Shown in pieces: positions 1 through 8,130 of a DNA stretch of 20,000 nucleotides (the first letter of the stretch is position 1; every line of letters starts with the position of its first letter). The position numbers and the translations under genes were made by a program. The notes beneath the pieces were generated by a model. The model was not told the DNA's origin, made no database searches, and saw only the letters and a list, made by a program, of their open reading frames with translations. This DNA comes from an uncultured virus (IMG/VR IMGVR_UViG_3300048861_000172) (Duplodnaviria > Heunggongvirae > Uroviricota > Caudoviricetes). The stretch lies in IMG/VR virus record IMGVR_UViG_3300048861_000172; one strand, given 5' to 3'.

Positions 1-932
1 TCGCCTTCCGGAATGTCCTGACGGATCTTGTAATTTTCCAGACGCGAGTTCTTTTCCCCTTCGGGGCCATTGTCAAGCGGCTTATCCCGAATGTGATCCA
101 TGAAGGTGGCGTCAATGCCTGAGGTATTCAGGTTATAGACGTAGTTCCAGATGCTCGAGGCGATGCTTGCCTTCGGGTCCGGATTCTGCAAACCACCGGT
201 GGCCACCCGCCGCACCACCAAGATCCCCACCAACCACTCGTGGAAGTCTTCCATGCCGATACCTTCGAGCACAGCGGCGCGCTGCACCTTCTCGATCGGC
301 AAACTGGAGACGGCCCACGTTCTCAGCTTACGCATGGGAATGCTTTGCCATAACGGCGAGCGATCCAGCAGCTGATAGGCAAAATACTCTTTCCACACGT
401 TGCCATACGTGTTGGACGTATTGGCGATATACTCGCCCCAAATCGGCACCATCACCCGCAGACACAAAGCCATCGCGAGCAGCCACCTATAATCCTCACG
501 GAGATAGGTGCGCTCGGCGGTGCCCGGGTTGGTATGTGAATTTTCGAAACTCTCCTTAAAGGTCGATGGAATCTCGATCGTCGTCTTGAAACGAATCCAA
601 TAGTCGATCTCTTCCAACGGATGCATCTCGAGCAGCTTAGCCACTTGCAGGGCCAGCTTGCGGTTTTTCGCTCGATGATCGTCGGCGCTACCCAACGTCT
701 CCTTGATTGCGACGTACTGCTCGAAGATAGCGTCGAGCCGCTCGTCCGGCATTTCCGGGCGCGGTGCCCAGAATGCATTAATTTCCTGAAAGAGGTCGAA
801 CTCCTCGACGTCCTTCTTGTTCTTGCCACGCTTGAACGTGGAATAACTCCAGTTGATCGACTGATCCCGGTGCGTGAGTGTGGCTTGCACCGTGGAGCTT
901 CCTGCATCAACCCGATTAATGACCAGTTTCAC
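1..932 (-). CDS. Non-virion RNA polymerase promoter-specificity subunit, phiKZ gp68-like (5' part; runs off the left window edge)
   Basis: Manually translated, absent from the ORF track: GTG at 932 preceded by GAGGGGG RBS; open frame MKLVINRVDAGSSTVQATLTHRDQSINWSYSTFKRG...ERTYLREDYRWLLAMALCLRVMVPIWGEYI...SRLENYKIRQDIPEG with no stop to base 1. The TY..DY..L..LR...PIWGEY motif and position after the chmC-like gene match gp68 as I recall it. Confidence 0.8.
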   Translation of the reverse strand, partial: MKLVINRVDAGSSTVQATLTHRDQSINWSYSTFKRGKNKKDVEEFDLFQEINAFWAPRPEMPDERLDAIFEQYVAIKETLGSADDHRAKNRKLALQVAKLLEMHPLEEIDYWIRFKTTIEIPSTFKESFENSHTNPGTAERTYLREDYRWLLAMALCLRVMVPIWGEYIANTSNTYGNVWKEYFAYQLLDRSPLWQSIPMRKLRTWAVSSLPIEKVQRAAVLEGIGMEDFHEWLVGILVVRRVATGGLQNPDPKASIASSIWNYVYNLNTSGIDATFMDHIRDKPLDNGPEGEKNSRLENYKIRQDIPEG

Positions 933-979
933 CCGATCCCCCTCATTTAAACGAAAGATTCAACCACCGTCTCACATGG

Positions 980-989
980 GTGATATGTG
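980..989 (-). promoter_or_regulatory. Putative early phage promoter element CACATATCAC upstream of gp68-like gene
   Basis: Identical 10-mer recurs upstream of chmA (10290-10299); resembles the phiKZ early promoter consensus TATATTAC. Confidence 0.55.
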
Positions 990-1011
990 ACTGAATTTGT
1001 TTTCGTTTTAG

Positions 1012-1476
1012 TTACGCTGCTTCGTCTATCACAAGTCGGTGAGCAGCGTAGTGATGTAACCTACACAACCACACGACATCGAAAGGTTGATTGTAATCCG
1101 GATGATGCGCTTCCGGTTTTTGATCGCATTCGGGAATAGCACACACCGGCCAGGGAACAAGCCTGCCGTCTCGAATTGCATTATTCACAGCAACTGACGC
1201 TGCTTTACGCTTAGGATGCGTTTCTTCCCACTTACGCACCGAAGCATTGTGAGAGGCCTTGCCTGCTTCAGTCTGGATGTAACGTTTTTTGAGCGCCTTT
1301 CTTTCTGAAGTGACATCGCGTTCCCGATCGTACTCTTTGTAATGCTCAGAGTTCTTCTCGCGATTACTCCGTACTGTCTCCCGAACACAGTAGACGCACT
1401 TGTTACGATCAGACTTGTAGAATTCGCTGGGAGGACGCTCCTCCCAGCAGAACCTACACTCTCTGTCCGGCTCGAT
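1012..1476 (-). CDS. Free-standing HNH homing endonuclease with N-terminal Zn-finger (no canonical start codon)
   Basis: Frame of track ORF 1012..1239 stays open to 1476 and beyond: IEPDRECRFCWEERPPSEFYKSDRNKCVYC...VCAIPECDQKPEAHHPDYNQPFDVVWLCRLHHYAAH. CxxC..EFY..CxxC plus HHxDYxxPxxVxWLCxxHHxxxH are typical of phage HNH endonucleases; region is more AT-rich than its flanks. Confidence 0.8.
   Translation of the reverse strand: MEPDRECRFCWEERPPSEFYKSDRNKCVYCVRETVRSNREKNSEHYKEYDRERDVTSERKALKKRYIQTEAGKASHNASVRKWEETHPKRKAASVAVNNAIRDGRLVPWPVCAIPECDQKPEAHHPDYNQPFDVVWLCRLHHYAAHRLVIDEAA
1426..1448. other. Perfect 10-bp hairpin GCTGGGAGGA-cgc-TCCTCCCAGC inside the 5' end of the HNH frame
   Basis: Inverted repeat read directly; about 27 nt downstream of the chmC-like stop; no U-tract follows on the minus strand. 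Confidence 0.75.
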
Positions 1477-2216
1477 TAAAAAGGAATATCGTCGGTCGTG
1501 TCTTCATAACTGCCACCACCGCCTGCGTTACCGCCACCACCGCCACCGCCGTAGCTACGGCCACCACCACCGCCACCACCACGGTTGCCGCCACCGTAAC
1601 CGCCGCCTTCCTTCTTCTCAGCCTGATGGAACGGCTGCGTGGCGGCGATCACCTTGAGCATTTCGCCGACCGTGTCGAGGTAGCTCTTCACCCACATACG
1701 CGAGGCTTCTTCGTCGGTAATCGGGTTGCCTTGCGCGTCGATCAGGATGTTGAAGATCGTGTTGCCGAATTCGAACTTGATGCGCGGGGACTCTTTGTTC
1801 CAGTGCACCACCGAAATCCACACCACCCCGTTCTGGTCCTTGCCGACCCACACCGTGCCTTCGAGCATCGGTTCGTCCGACGGCTTGCCGTCCTTCCAAC
1901 GCGTCTCCTTGCACTGGTAGCCTTCTTTCCAGTCCTTGGGCGTATTGGGGTCGATCGCCTTGATGAGCAACTGCAAGATCACGCCAAACGCGTGCATCGG
2001 CAGCTTAAGCGACACCCGGCCACCATGGCGTTGGCTTTGATCGTTCGGGTTGTTCGAATACACGTTCAGTCGTGCCATGTTCGAGAAGAACTGCACCTGG
2101 AGCGTGGCCCACTTGCCCTGTGCACCCGGCGACGGTGCAGAGAGCTTGAGTTTCGGATTGTCCAGCGGATTTTTGTCACGCTGAGGGATGTTGCCGCCGT
2201 TGTTACCGTAAGCCAT
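1476..2216 (-). CDS. chmC: ChmC-like nucleus-associated nucleic-acid-binding protein (phiKZ gp67 position) with Gly-rich tail and SSB-like DDIPF C-terminus
   Basis: 246 aa; beta-rich core followed by GGGYGGGNRGGGGGGGRSYGGGGGG low-complexity tail; lies between gp66-like and gp68-like genes, the conserved location of ChmC; GAGG RBS. Confidence 0.65.
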   Translation of the reverse strand: MAYGNNGGNIPQRDKNPLDNPKLKLSAPSPGAQGKWATLQVQFFSNMARLNVYSNNPNDQSQRHGGRVSLKLPMHAFGVILQLLIKAIDPNTPKDWKEGYQCKETRWKDGKPSDEPMLEGTVWVGKDQNGVVWISVVHWNKESPRIKFEFGNTIFNILIDAQGNPITDEEASRMWVKSYLDTVGEMLKVIAATQPFHQAEKKEGGGYGGGNRGGGGGGGRSYGGGGGGGNAGGGGSYEDTTDDIPF

Positions 2217-2260
2217 GATAGCCTCTTATTGTACCCTGGGAAGGGATGATGATTAGGGGT

Positions 2261-2298
2261 CTACAGCATTGCTCGAGCCGATAAAATCTCATCGGCTC
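2261..2298 (-). promoter_or_regulatory. Putative phage promoter (W-rich ATCG-N13-TGTAG) overlapping an 8-bp inverted repeat GAGCCGAT/ATCGGCTC
   Basis: Same spaced motif at 8131-8158 and variants at 10436-10465 and 16646-16674; all intergenic and upstream of core genes. Confidence 0.45.
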
Positions 2299-3148
2299 AT
2301 GGAACGAGCATTGCACGTAGCTTTGCTTTGAAAAACGGATTCTTCAGTTGATCGATCCCGTAGCGGATCTTGTCCAGGGTTGTGGCTGCCGTCCACCGAT
2401 ATTGCTTGGCGATTTCCAATAATTCTTCACGCTGCTTAATCGGGTACGGCCGGAAGGTTTCCTTATCGCCGAGCACCTGAAGCAAGTCTTCACGAAAAGG
2501 CATCATGAAGAGATCCTTGCCATTCAGGTACTTGGTGTACCATTGCGCCTTTTCCTTGATGTGGCCGGTGTGGCTCTCCACGAGCACCAGCTCATGGAAG
2601 GCTTTTTCCGAGCACAGATCGATCGGATAGTGGGTTAAGATCAACGCTTTGCACTTCGCCTCGGGTTTGAGCTTCACATCAAAACCCAAGATACGTTTGG
2701 CTTGCGTCTTTTTGTCATGGTCGACCAGCAACTTAAGCGTTTCCTTCAGGAGCATGGTGTACTCCTTCTGGCGCACGGTTGTGTCGTACCGGGTGGTGGC
2801 CTGCGGATACCGGCGATCCAGATCCGCAAACGTGCACAGGTAAAACCGCACCTTGCAACGTCCACTGGTTAGCTCTGCAACAATCGACTCGATCTGGGCC
2901 ATTTCTTGATCGAGCGCTTCCGCACAGGGTCCAGGCATGAGTTGCGTGTCTTCCGCCTCACATGCGCCAACCAAGTTACGAAAGAGGGTGCGCAGATTGA
3001 CCCAGAACTCCTGATAGTCCAGAATCGGAGTTCGGTCATGTTTTAATTCGTCGTGGATATTGGCCGCGCTCTCCAGTGCCAAACTGGTCGCAATCGACAA
3101 CGGGTATTTGCCCAAGGCCCGGCCGGCCAAAATAGTGGAAGAGGACAT
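2297..3148 (-). CDS. Conserved jumbo-phage core protein (phiKZ gp66 position); possible degenerate PIN/5'-3' exonuclease fold
   Basis: 283 aa ORF coupled to the sbcD-like gene (TGATG overlap at 3148); motifs FWVNLRTLFRN, LILTHYPIDL, LVESHTG, LLQVLGD. Confidence 0.6.
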   Translation of the reverse strand: MSSSTILAGRALGKYPLSIATSLALESAANIHDELKHDRTPILDYQEFWVNLRTLFRNLVGACEAEDTQLMPGPCAEALDQEMAQIESIVAELTSGRCKVRFYLCTFADLDRRYPQATTRYDTTVRQKEYTMLLKETLKLLVDHDKKTQAKRILGFDVKLKPEAKCKALILTHYPIDLCSEKAFHELVLVESHTGHIKEKAQWYTKYLNGKDLFMMPFREDLLQVLGDKETFRPYPIKQREELLEIAKQYRWTAATTLDKIRYGIDQLKNPFFKAKLRAMLVP

Positions 3149-4290
3149 CAGATCACCTCACGCAAAATCTCCTCAGCCGCGTCGATCACATTCGTGCCAT
3201 GGACGGTGGCTAAGCGAATGCGGCTCATCACCTGCTCTTCAATGTTCTCCCGGGTAATGGTAATTGGGGTAAAGCCCAGATCCCGCTCGGGTGTCGCCAC
3301 CGGCTCGTTCTCTGCGTCTTTTAAGACTTCCCCGTTGAGGGTGACTTTCTCCTTAGTCCAATTAAAGTCTGGGTAATACTGCCTGAGTGTGTTCAAGTTG
3401 CCGATGAGTGGGTGACCCAACTCAAGCTCCAAGCGCATGAACGAACCCGTGGGGTAAGTGGCTAAGGCCTCTCTCACCTCCACCAACGCCTCTTCGACCG
3501 ACTGCCCGCCACAGCGGATCGTCTTAAAGATCTTGGCGCCTCTGTTCTCCACAAAGCGCATGGTGCTCTTGCCGTCTTTCACAACCGTACGGACATGCCC
3601 TTTGGCTTCTTCCTGACCATGGGTCAAGCGATCAAAGGAACCTTGGACAAAGATGCGGTCCTTGGTTTTGTACGTGTGATCGTGTCCAATCCAGATCCAG
3701 TGACGGACCAATTGGAGATATGCGTCCGAGTCATGCTTCGGTGCCGGAATATGCTCAGGCATCTGAAACTCGAACTGTCCATGCATGACGGCGTAATCGA
3801 CGTGGGTGAGTCCCCGGGCATCCATGAGACTGCGAATTTGGCTTAAGGTTTTTTCGGGCGGTCCCCACTCATCGGGTACGAACAGGAACCACTTATCGTA
3901 GTCCTGTTCGTACTCGATAGCGAGTTCTTTCACGTACTTGAGGTCGGCGCCAATTTTCGCAAACTCATTGATGGATGAAAACTGATTGGATTGCTTCCAG
4001 TCATGACTGGGCGTGCCTTCCAAGACACGCAACTTGATGCCGTGTTTAGCACACAGGCGCAACAAGTCAGCAATCCACTGCTCAGCTTCCATCACTGCTT
4101 CGTCGTTAAACTCGAGCAGGTCATCAAACACATCACCCGCTAAGATGATCATATCCAAGCGGGCGGTCTCTTCATTGTCAGGCAGCGCTCGGCGGAGATT
4201 ATCTACAATGTCCGCCGTCGGATTCTGTCGGTGCCCCAGATGAATATCGGAGAACACCGCGATCCGCAAATCAGAGTTCGTCGAAACCAT
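3148..4290 (-). CDS. sbcD: SbcD/Mre11-family metallophosphoesterase nuclease
   Basis: Calcineurin-like motifs SDIHLG, AGDVFD, EGTPSHD, MHGQF, GHDH, QGSFDR; 380 aa. Confidence 0.9.
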   Translation of the reverse strand: MVSTNSDLRIAVFSDIHLGHRQNPTADIVDNLRRALPDNEETARLDMIILAGDVFDDLLEFNDEAVMEAEQWIADLLRLCAKHGIKLRVLEGTPSHDWKQSNQFSSINEFAKIGADLKYVKELAIEYEQDYDKWFLFVPDEWGPPEKTLSQIRSLMDARGLTHVDYAVMHGQFEFQMPEHIPAPKHDSDAYLQLVRHWIWIGHDHTYKTKDRIFVQGSFDRLTHGQEEAKGHVRTVVKDGKSTMRFVENRGAKIFKTIRCGGQSVEEALVEVREALATYPTGSFMRLELELGHPLIGNLNTLRQYYPDFNWTKEKVTLNGEVLKDAENEPVATPERDLGFTPITITRENIEEQVMSRIRLATVHGTNVIDAAEEILREVI

Positions 4291-4888
4291 CGAATTCGAC
4301 CTTTTCCTCTTTAGGCTGAGTGGAACCCGTCACGTTCACCCCTTCGACTTCAATGAGTGGGCGACCATAACGTGCAAAGATTGCATTCCAGCGCCGCACG
4401 TATTCCAGCGCATGACCTTGCTCGCGCATGCTGGCGTAGCGCGCAGCTAACTCCGTGCGCAGATAATTGAGCGACTGCGCCGGATGGACGTTGGCCAAGT
4501 TCTTGGCACTTTCCACCACGTTGGCAATCGACGACTGACCACGTTCGGACTGAAACGGCACGTGGTTCGAACGATCCGCCACCGGCGGCACAGTGAAGAG
4601 GACTTCGCCTTTGTCATTGACGATGTCGACTTCGTTATACATGCCGCCGCGGAACATGCCACCTGCGACATTCACCCAGTGATTGGTGGTCACCGGATAG
4701 GGCAACTTCTCGTCCCCGGCGAAAAACGGCAGGAACACGTTGACGAAACGGTATTCGTCCAACTGATAGCGGTCGGGCGGCACCTGACTGTATTCCGCCA
4801 GCGCTTGGTCGAAGTCACTGGCGACTTCTTTCAGCCGCTCGTGGCGCGCCGCTTCCATCTGGGCGGCGATTTCTTCTTTACTGGGCAT
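4271..4888 (-). CDS. Conserved jumbo-phage core hypothetical protein (gp62-like position)
   Basis: Long ORF; ATG at 4888 with GGAGA RBS preferred over TTG 4906; motifs FLPFF, WVNVAGG, EVDIV..GEVLFTVPP. Confidence 0.65.
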   Translation of the reverse strand: MPSKEEIAAQMEAARHERLKEVASDFDQALAEYSQVPPDRYQLDEYRFVNVFLPFFAGDEKLPYPVTTNHWVNVAGGMFRGGMYNEVDIVNDKGEVLFTVPPVADRSNHVPFQSERGQSSIANVVESAKNLANVHPAQSLNYLRTELAARYASMREQGHALEYVRRWNAIFARYGRPLIEVEGVNVTGSTQPKEEKVEFDGFDEL

Positions 4889-5438
4889 GAGACTCTCCGG
4901 AAGCAAACTTGATGAGGGTCACGTAGGAGAAAAACGGATGGCGCACGCCAAGCGTGACCAACTGACGTTGCAACTCCAGCTGTGCCTCTGCATCTATACT
5001 GATAAGCCGGGTGCGTGAAAAATCACCGGGACTTTCCAGAAACAGATCAACCAGATACGCCGGTTCCGTGCTCTTGGCCGATTCCAGCAAGGGCGGAGCT
5101 TCCGGGTCCCATGCCGGGCAACGCGGATTGGGTCGGGCGTAGAGCGCGTAGCAGTGCGGCATGTCAATCGCCCGCTCCGACAGACACACCGCCACGCCAC
5201 CGGAAAGCGCCTGCGGGGCCACCAGGATGTCTTCCGGGGTGATGTGCTCCGGGCGGATCTTGTGCAGTCGCTTGGCGGCGGCATCGGCCTGCGCCAACAC
5301 ATGCAACATCGACTGCTGAATGTCACCCAGCGCATCGATTAACCACACCGGAGCTTTGCTGATTTCGCCTGCGAGTTTAAGGTGCTCGCTAAACACCCGC
5401 GCAATCATCTCTGCGCTATCCGGATCATGAATCGCCAT
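4878..5438 (-). CDS. Hypothetical protein
   Basis: 186 aa ORF overlapping both neighbours in operon fashion; no recognisable motif. Confidence 0.65.
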   Translation of the reverse strand: MAIHDPDSAEMIARVFSEHLKLAGEISKAPVWLIDALGDIQQSMLHVLAQADAAAKRLHKIRPEHITPEDILVAPQALSGGVAVCLSERAIDMPHCYALYARPNPRCPAWDPEAPPLLESAKSTEPAYLVDLFLESPGDFSRTRLISIDAEAQLELQRQLVTLGVRHPFFSYVTLIKFASGESHAQ

Positions 5439-5850
5439 TACCGTTATTGTTCAGGTTGATAATGTTGGTGATCTTCGAGTCAGCGATATTCACGAGTCGC
5501 GCCAACTGATACGTCACCCCTTGTTCGATCACTTCAATGCCCACCCGCAGCGTCACCTTGGTGCCAGGATTGGTGGTGCTATTGGCGTCACTCGAGACGT
5601 TCACCAGGCAGCTATCGTAGTAGCGACCAAAGTAACTCTCGAACATCGAGCGCATCTCGATGGTAAGCCGCGGAATGTCGTGGGCGTATTCCTGCACCAC
5701 GGCCGGAATCGACGTCAGCGCATCGGCGTAGAGGTTCGATTGCAGGTTATCCGTGGTAAACGCCCAGGATAAGAGATAATCAGCTTTTTCCCGCAATGCC
5801 GTCGTCCAGCCGGACGGACCGAGTACGGGTGCAGGGATAATGCCCGCCAT
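5425..5850 (-). CDS. Conserved jumbo-phage core hypothetical protein (gp61-like position)
   Basis: 141 aa, AGGAG RBS, motif GW....EKADYLLSWAFTTD..QSNLY. Confidence 0.7.
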   Translation of the reverse strand: MAGIIPAPVLGPSGWTTALREKADYLLSWAFTTDNLQSNLYADALTSIPAVVQEYAHDIPRLTIEMRSMFESYFGRYYDSCLVNVSSDANSTTNPGTKVTLRVGIEVIEQGVTYQLARLVNIADSKITNIINLNNNGNGDS

Positions 5851-5875
5851 GAGCGATGAGCTCCTACACGAGAAG

Positions 5876-5916
5876 AAAAAAATAAGGCAGCCTCACCGGT
5901 GAAGGTAAGACTGCCC
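5876..5916 (-). terminator. Rho-independent terminator after the gp59-like gene
   Basis: Minus strand GGCAGTCTTACC-ttcacc-GGTGAGGCTGCC stem followed by TTATTTTTTT. Confidence 0.7.
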
Positions 5917-5924
5917 TACGACTG

Positions 5925-6539
5925 TTACAGCATGCCGCCAAACTTGCTGGTCGGATCGTCCTGACCACGCTCACGAATCGAGCGCACGATGTCCCACACA
6001 TTGACAATGGTGGCTTGCTCGTGCAACTCCAGTTCGCGATCGCCCTCATGAACGTCGTCGAGATAGGTGGTGTAATGCCAGCCCCCATCTTCGTCGTCCA
6101 TGACAAGTCCCTGCGTGACACGACGATAGTCGTAGTGTTGTGCCCGGACCAGCCCCGGGAACACATCCACATACGAGCCCGAATAGCCATCGCAGCGCCC
6201 TTGATGATACAACTCTCGGGTGCCCGGCTCCGCCATGATCCAGCGCTGCATCTGCAACTTCGCATTCTGAATCTCACCCAGGGTGGTGAGCGGGCGGATC
6301 ACATCTTGATCGAACACATGGGTGGCCGCGCGCACGATTGCTTTCGCCCGGCGGATTGCTTCATGACCCATGTGCCGCTCATACATCTCACGGGCGCGGT
6401 CGACAAACATCCGCCCCGATTCGGTCACCATCTGACTGGCGATCTGGATCTTCTCCTGCGCATACGCTAATGCGCCCGGATGCTGGACGCCGTATGCAAG
6501 CGCATCAAACTCATCCGTGATCGGTACGTACATCGTCAC
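5925..6539 (-). CDS. Conserved core protein, phiKZ gp59-like (position of import factor Imp3)
   Basis: 204 aa, GTGA overlap with the beta' gene and GAGGA RBS; motifs QRWIMAEP, DGYSGSYVD, YDYRRV, DDPTS; synteny directly after gp55-like gene. Confidence 0.6.
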   Translation of the reverse strand: MTMYVPITDEFDALAYGVQHPGALAYAQEKIQIASQMVTESGRMFVDRAREMYERHMGHEAIRRAKAIVRAATHVFDQDVIRPLTTLGEIQNAKLQMQRWIMAEPGTRELYHQGRCDGYSGSYVDVFPGLVRAQHYDYRRVTQGLVMDDEDGGWHYTTYLDDVHEGDRELELHEQATIVNVWDIVRSIRERGQDDPTSKFGGML

Positions 6540-8104
6540 TCCTCAAGTTTCACTTCCTTGGGCACAGATCCCTTTTGCTGCGCCACACTCATCGCGGCGA
6601 GTTGTTCCATCAGACGAGTAATGCCTGGGTCGGGTTCGTCTGGGCTGTGCATCCAATTGGCGATTGTGGATACGGGCGGCTTGGGGATGCTCAAGCTCGC
6701 CGAGATGTCACGGGGTTTCGCATAGCTGAAGGTCGACTTGTGCGGGGCAAGGTGCACCAAGTCATCTGCCGTGCGATTGTCCAGACACAACATGACGTTG
6801 ACCTGGTCGCCATCAAAGTCGGCGTTAAAGGACTTCAAGACCAAGACGGACAGCGAAATGGTCGGAATATCCGGGTCGCGCTTAATCACCGTAATCAGCA
6901 GACGCTGGAGCGAGCCGCGTTCCAAGGACGGATTGCGTCCGAGAATCACGGGAATGCCCGGCTTATGGCTGACTTCGGTGCGGTGCGGCGACTCTTGGAT
7001 CATGTCATCGAAGAGCTTCTCCAAGAGCGGATGGTACTGCTCCGCATACTTGTTGAGAAAGCGCAACGCTTGCATGGCTGTCAAGCCCAGATCCATCAGC
7101 TTCTTGGTCAGATGCACCCGGAACACGGACACGCCGATACCCCACGAGATGTGGATCTCTTCGTAGTCGTGTTGCTCACTGAGTGAGCTGATCACTGCCC
7201 GGAAGCTAAAGTCACTGCGCGAGCCAAACACGTGTTTGCGGAGAATCCCGTGCTTGCCTGCCATCAGGCTCGAATACCAGTCGCTATAGAACTCCGCCAA
7301 CTGACTGATCGCCTTCACGGTCCGGTTTTCCTTGACCCGTACCGCGAAGTTCATATCCGGCAGATCGATCGAGGTCATCGTGCGGATGGCATCGACCACC
7401 CCCGTGACGGTTTGGTCGACATACGTTCCGACGTTACTCTTCTCGATCACGAGCAGACTGCGGTTTGGCAGCGGCAGATACTCACAGAAGAGCCGGTCCC
7501 GGTTGTGCTCGATCAGCTTGAGGAAATTCGGGATTTCCTTCTTTTTCTGTTTCTGCTTTTGCTTGTACTTCTGCTTGTACACCTTCAGCTCGAGCAGCTG
7601 ATGGATGATCTTCTCATAGTTGTCGCAGAAGTAATTGTAACCCCGCTGGATACCCATGCCCTCCAGGAAGGGAATCACCGGCGGGATTTTCACCTGCGGC
7701 CGATAATTGATGTCACAGATCCAGCGGATCACGTCGAAGTTCGACAGACTGAAGATGTCGGTCAACATCGACCAGAAGACGGGATTGATCAGCTTCTTCA
7801 CGCCAATCGGGGCGCGCATCCACACGATCGGTTGCAGCTCCACGATCGAGCGGTGCTCGACGCGGGTGTTACAGTTCAGACACAGCGCTTTGAGGCGCCA
7901 CTCTCCCGTGAGCTTACCACAGACACACGAGGGCAGATTGCTCAGCAGATCATCCGCGGCGTAGCGCGTATAGATCTCTTTGTTAAATTCATCCTTCTCG
8001 ATCTGGGTCGCGATCGAAATATCGTTAATGATCTTCACAGGCGTTTGATTGGCCTGGAAGAGGTTGTCAAAATTCACGAGACGAAGGGCTGCACCCACAC
8101 TCAC
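6536..8104 (-). CDS. rpoC: Non-virion multisubunit RNA polymerase beta' subunit, N-terminal half (phiKZ gp55-like)
   Basis: Catalytic NADFDGD; Zn-ribbon CVCG...CLNC; GKHGILRKHVFGSRSDFSFRAVI (RpoC GKxGxxR...GxRxDxSxRxVI) and GRNPSL (NRxPTL); AGGAGA RBS; directly downstream of chmA. Confidence 0.93.
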   Translation of the reverse strand: MSVGAALRLVNFDNLFQANQTPVKIINDISIATQIEKDEFNKEIYTRYAADDLLSNLPSCVCGKLTGEWRLKALCLNCNTRVEHRSIVELQPIVWMRAPIGVKKLINPVFWSMLTDIFSLSNFDVIRWICDINYRPQVKIPPVIPFLEGMGIQRGYNYFCDNYEKIIHQLLELKVYKQKYKQKQKQKKKEIPNFLKLIEHNRDRLFCEYLPLPNRSLLVIEKSNVGTYVDQTVTGVVDAIRTMTSIDLPDMNFAVRVKENRTVKAISQLAEFYSDWYSSLMAGKHGILRKHVFGSRSDFSFRAVISSLSEQHDYEEIHISWGIGVSVFRVHLTKKLMDLGLTAMQALRFLNKYAEQYHPLLEKLFDDMIQESPHRTEVSHKPGIPVILGRNPSLERGSLQRLLITVIKRDPDIPTISLSVLVLKSFNADFDGDQVNVMLCLDNRTADDLVHLAPHKSTFSYAKPRDISASLSIPKPPVSTIANWMHSPDEPDPGITRLMEQLAAMSVAQQKGSVPKEVKLEE

Positions 8105-8130
8105 TCTCCTTTATTCGTCTAGTCAGGGTC

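Noticed and set aside
133..950. Track ORFs 133..318, 151..375, 167..559, 452..910 and 621..950
   Set aside because: All are shadows of the continuous minus-strand gp68-like frame 932 to <1.
1185..1388. 67-aa ORF suggesting a frameshifted HNH pseudogene
   Set aside because: The HNH frame is itself continuous through this region, so this ORF is an off-frame shadow.
932..1476. Group I intron around the HNH gene
   Set aside because: Both flanking genes look complete (stop after DDIPF; own RBS and start for gp68-like) and there is no room for intron core elements.
1500..1612. (CCA/CCG)n-like repeat
   Set aside because: Simply encodes the Gly-rich tail of the ChmC-like protein; not a CRISPR array or separate repeat element.
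6575..8122. Plus-strand ORFs of 203 and 296 aa
   Set aside because: Antisense shadows of the RNAP beta' gene.
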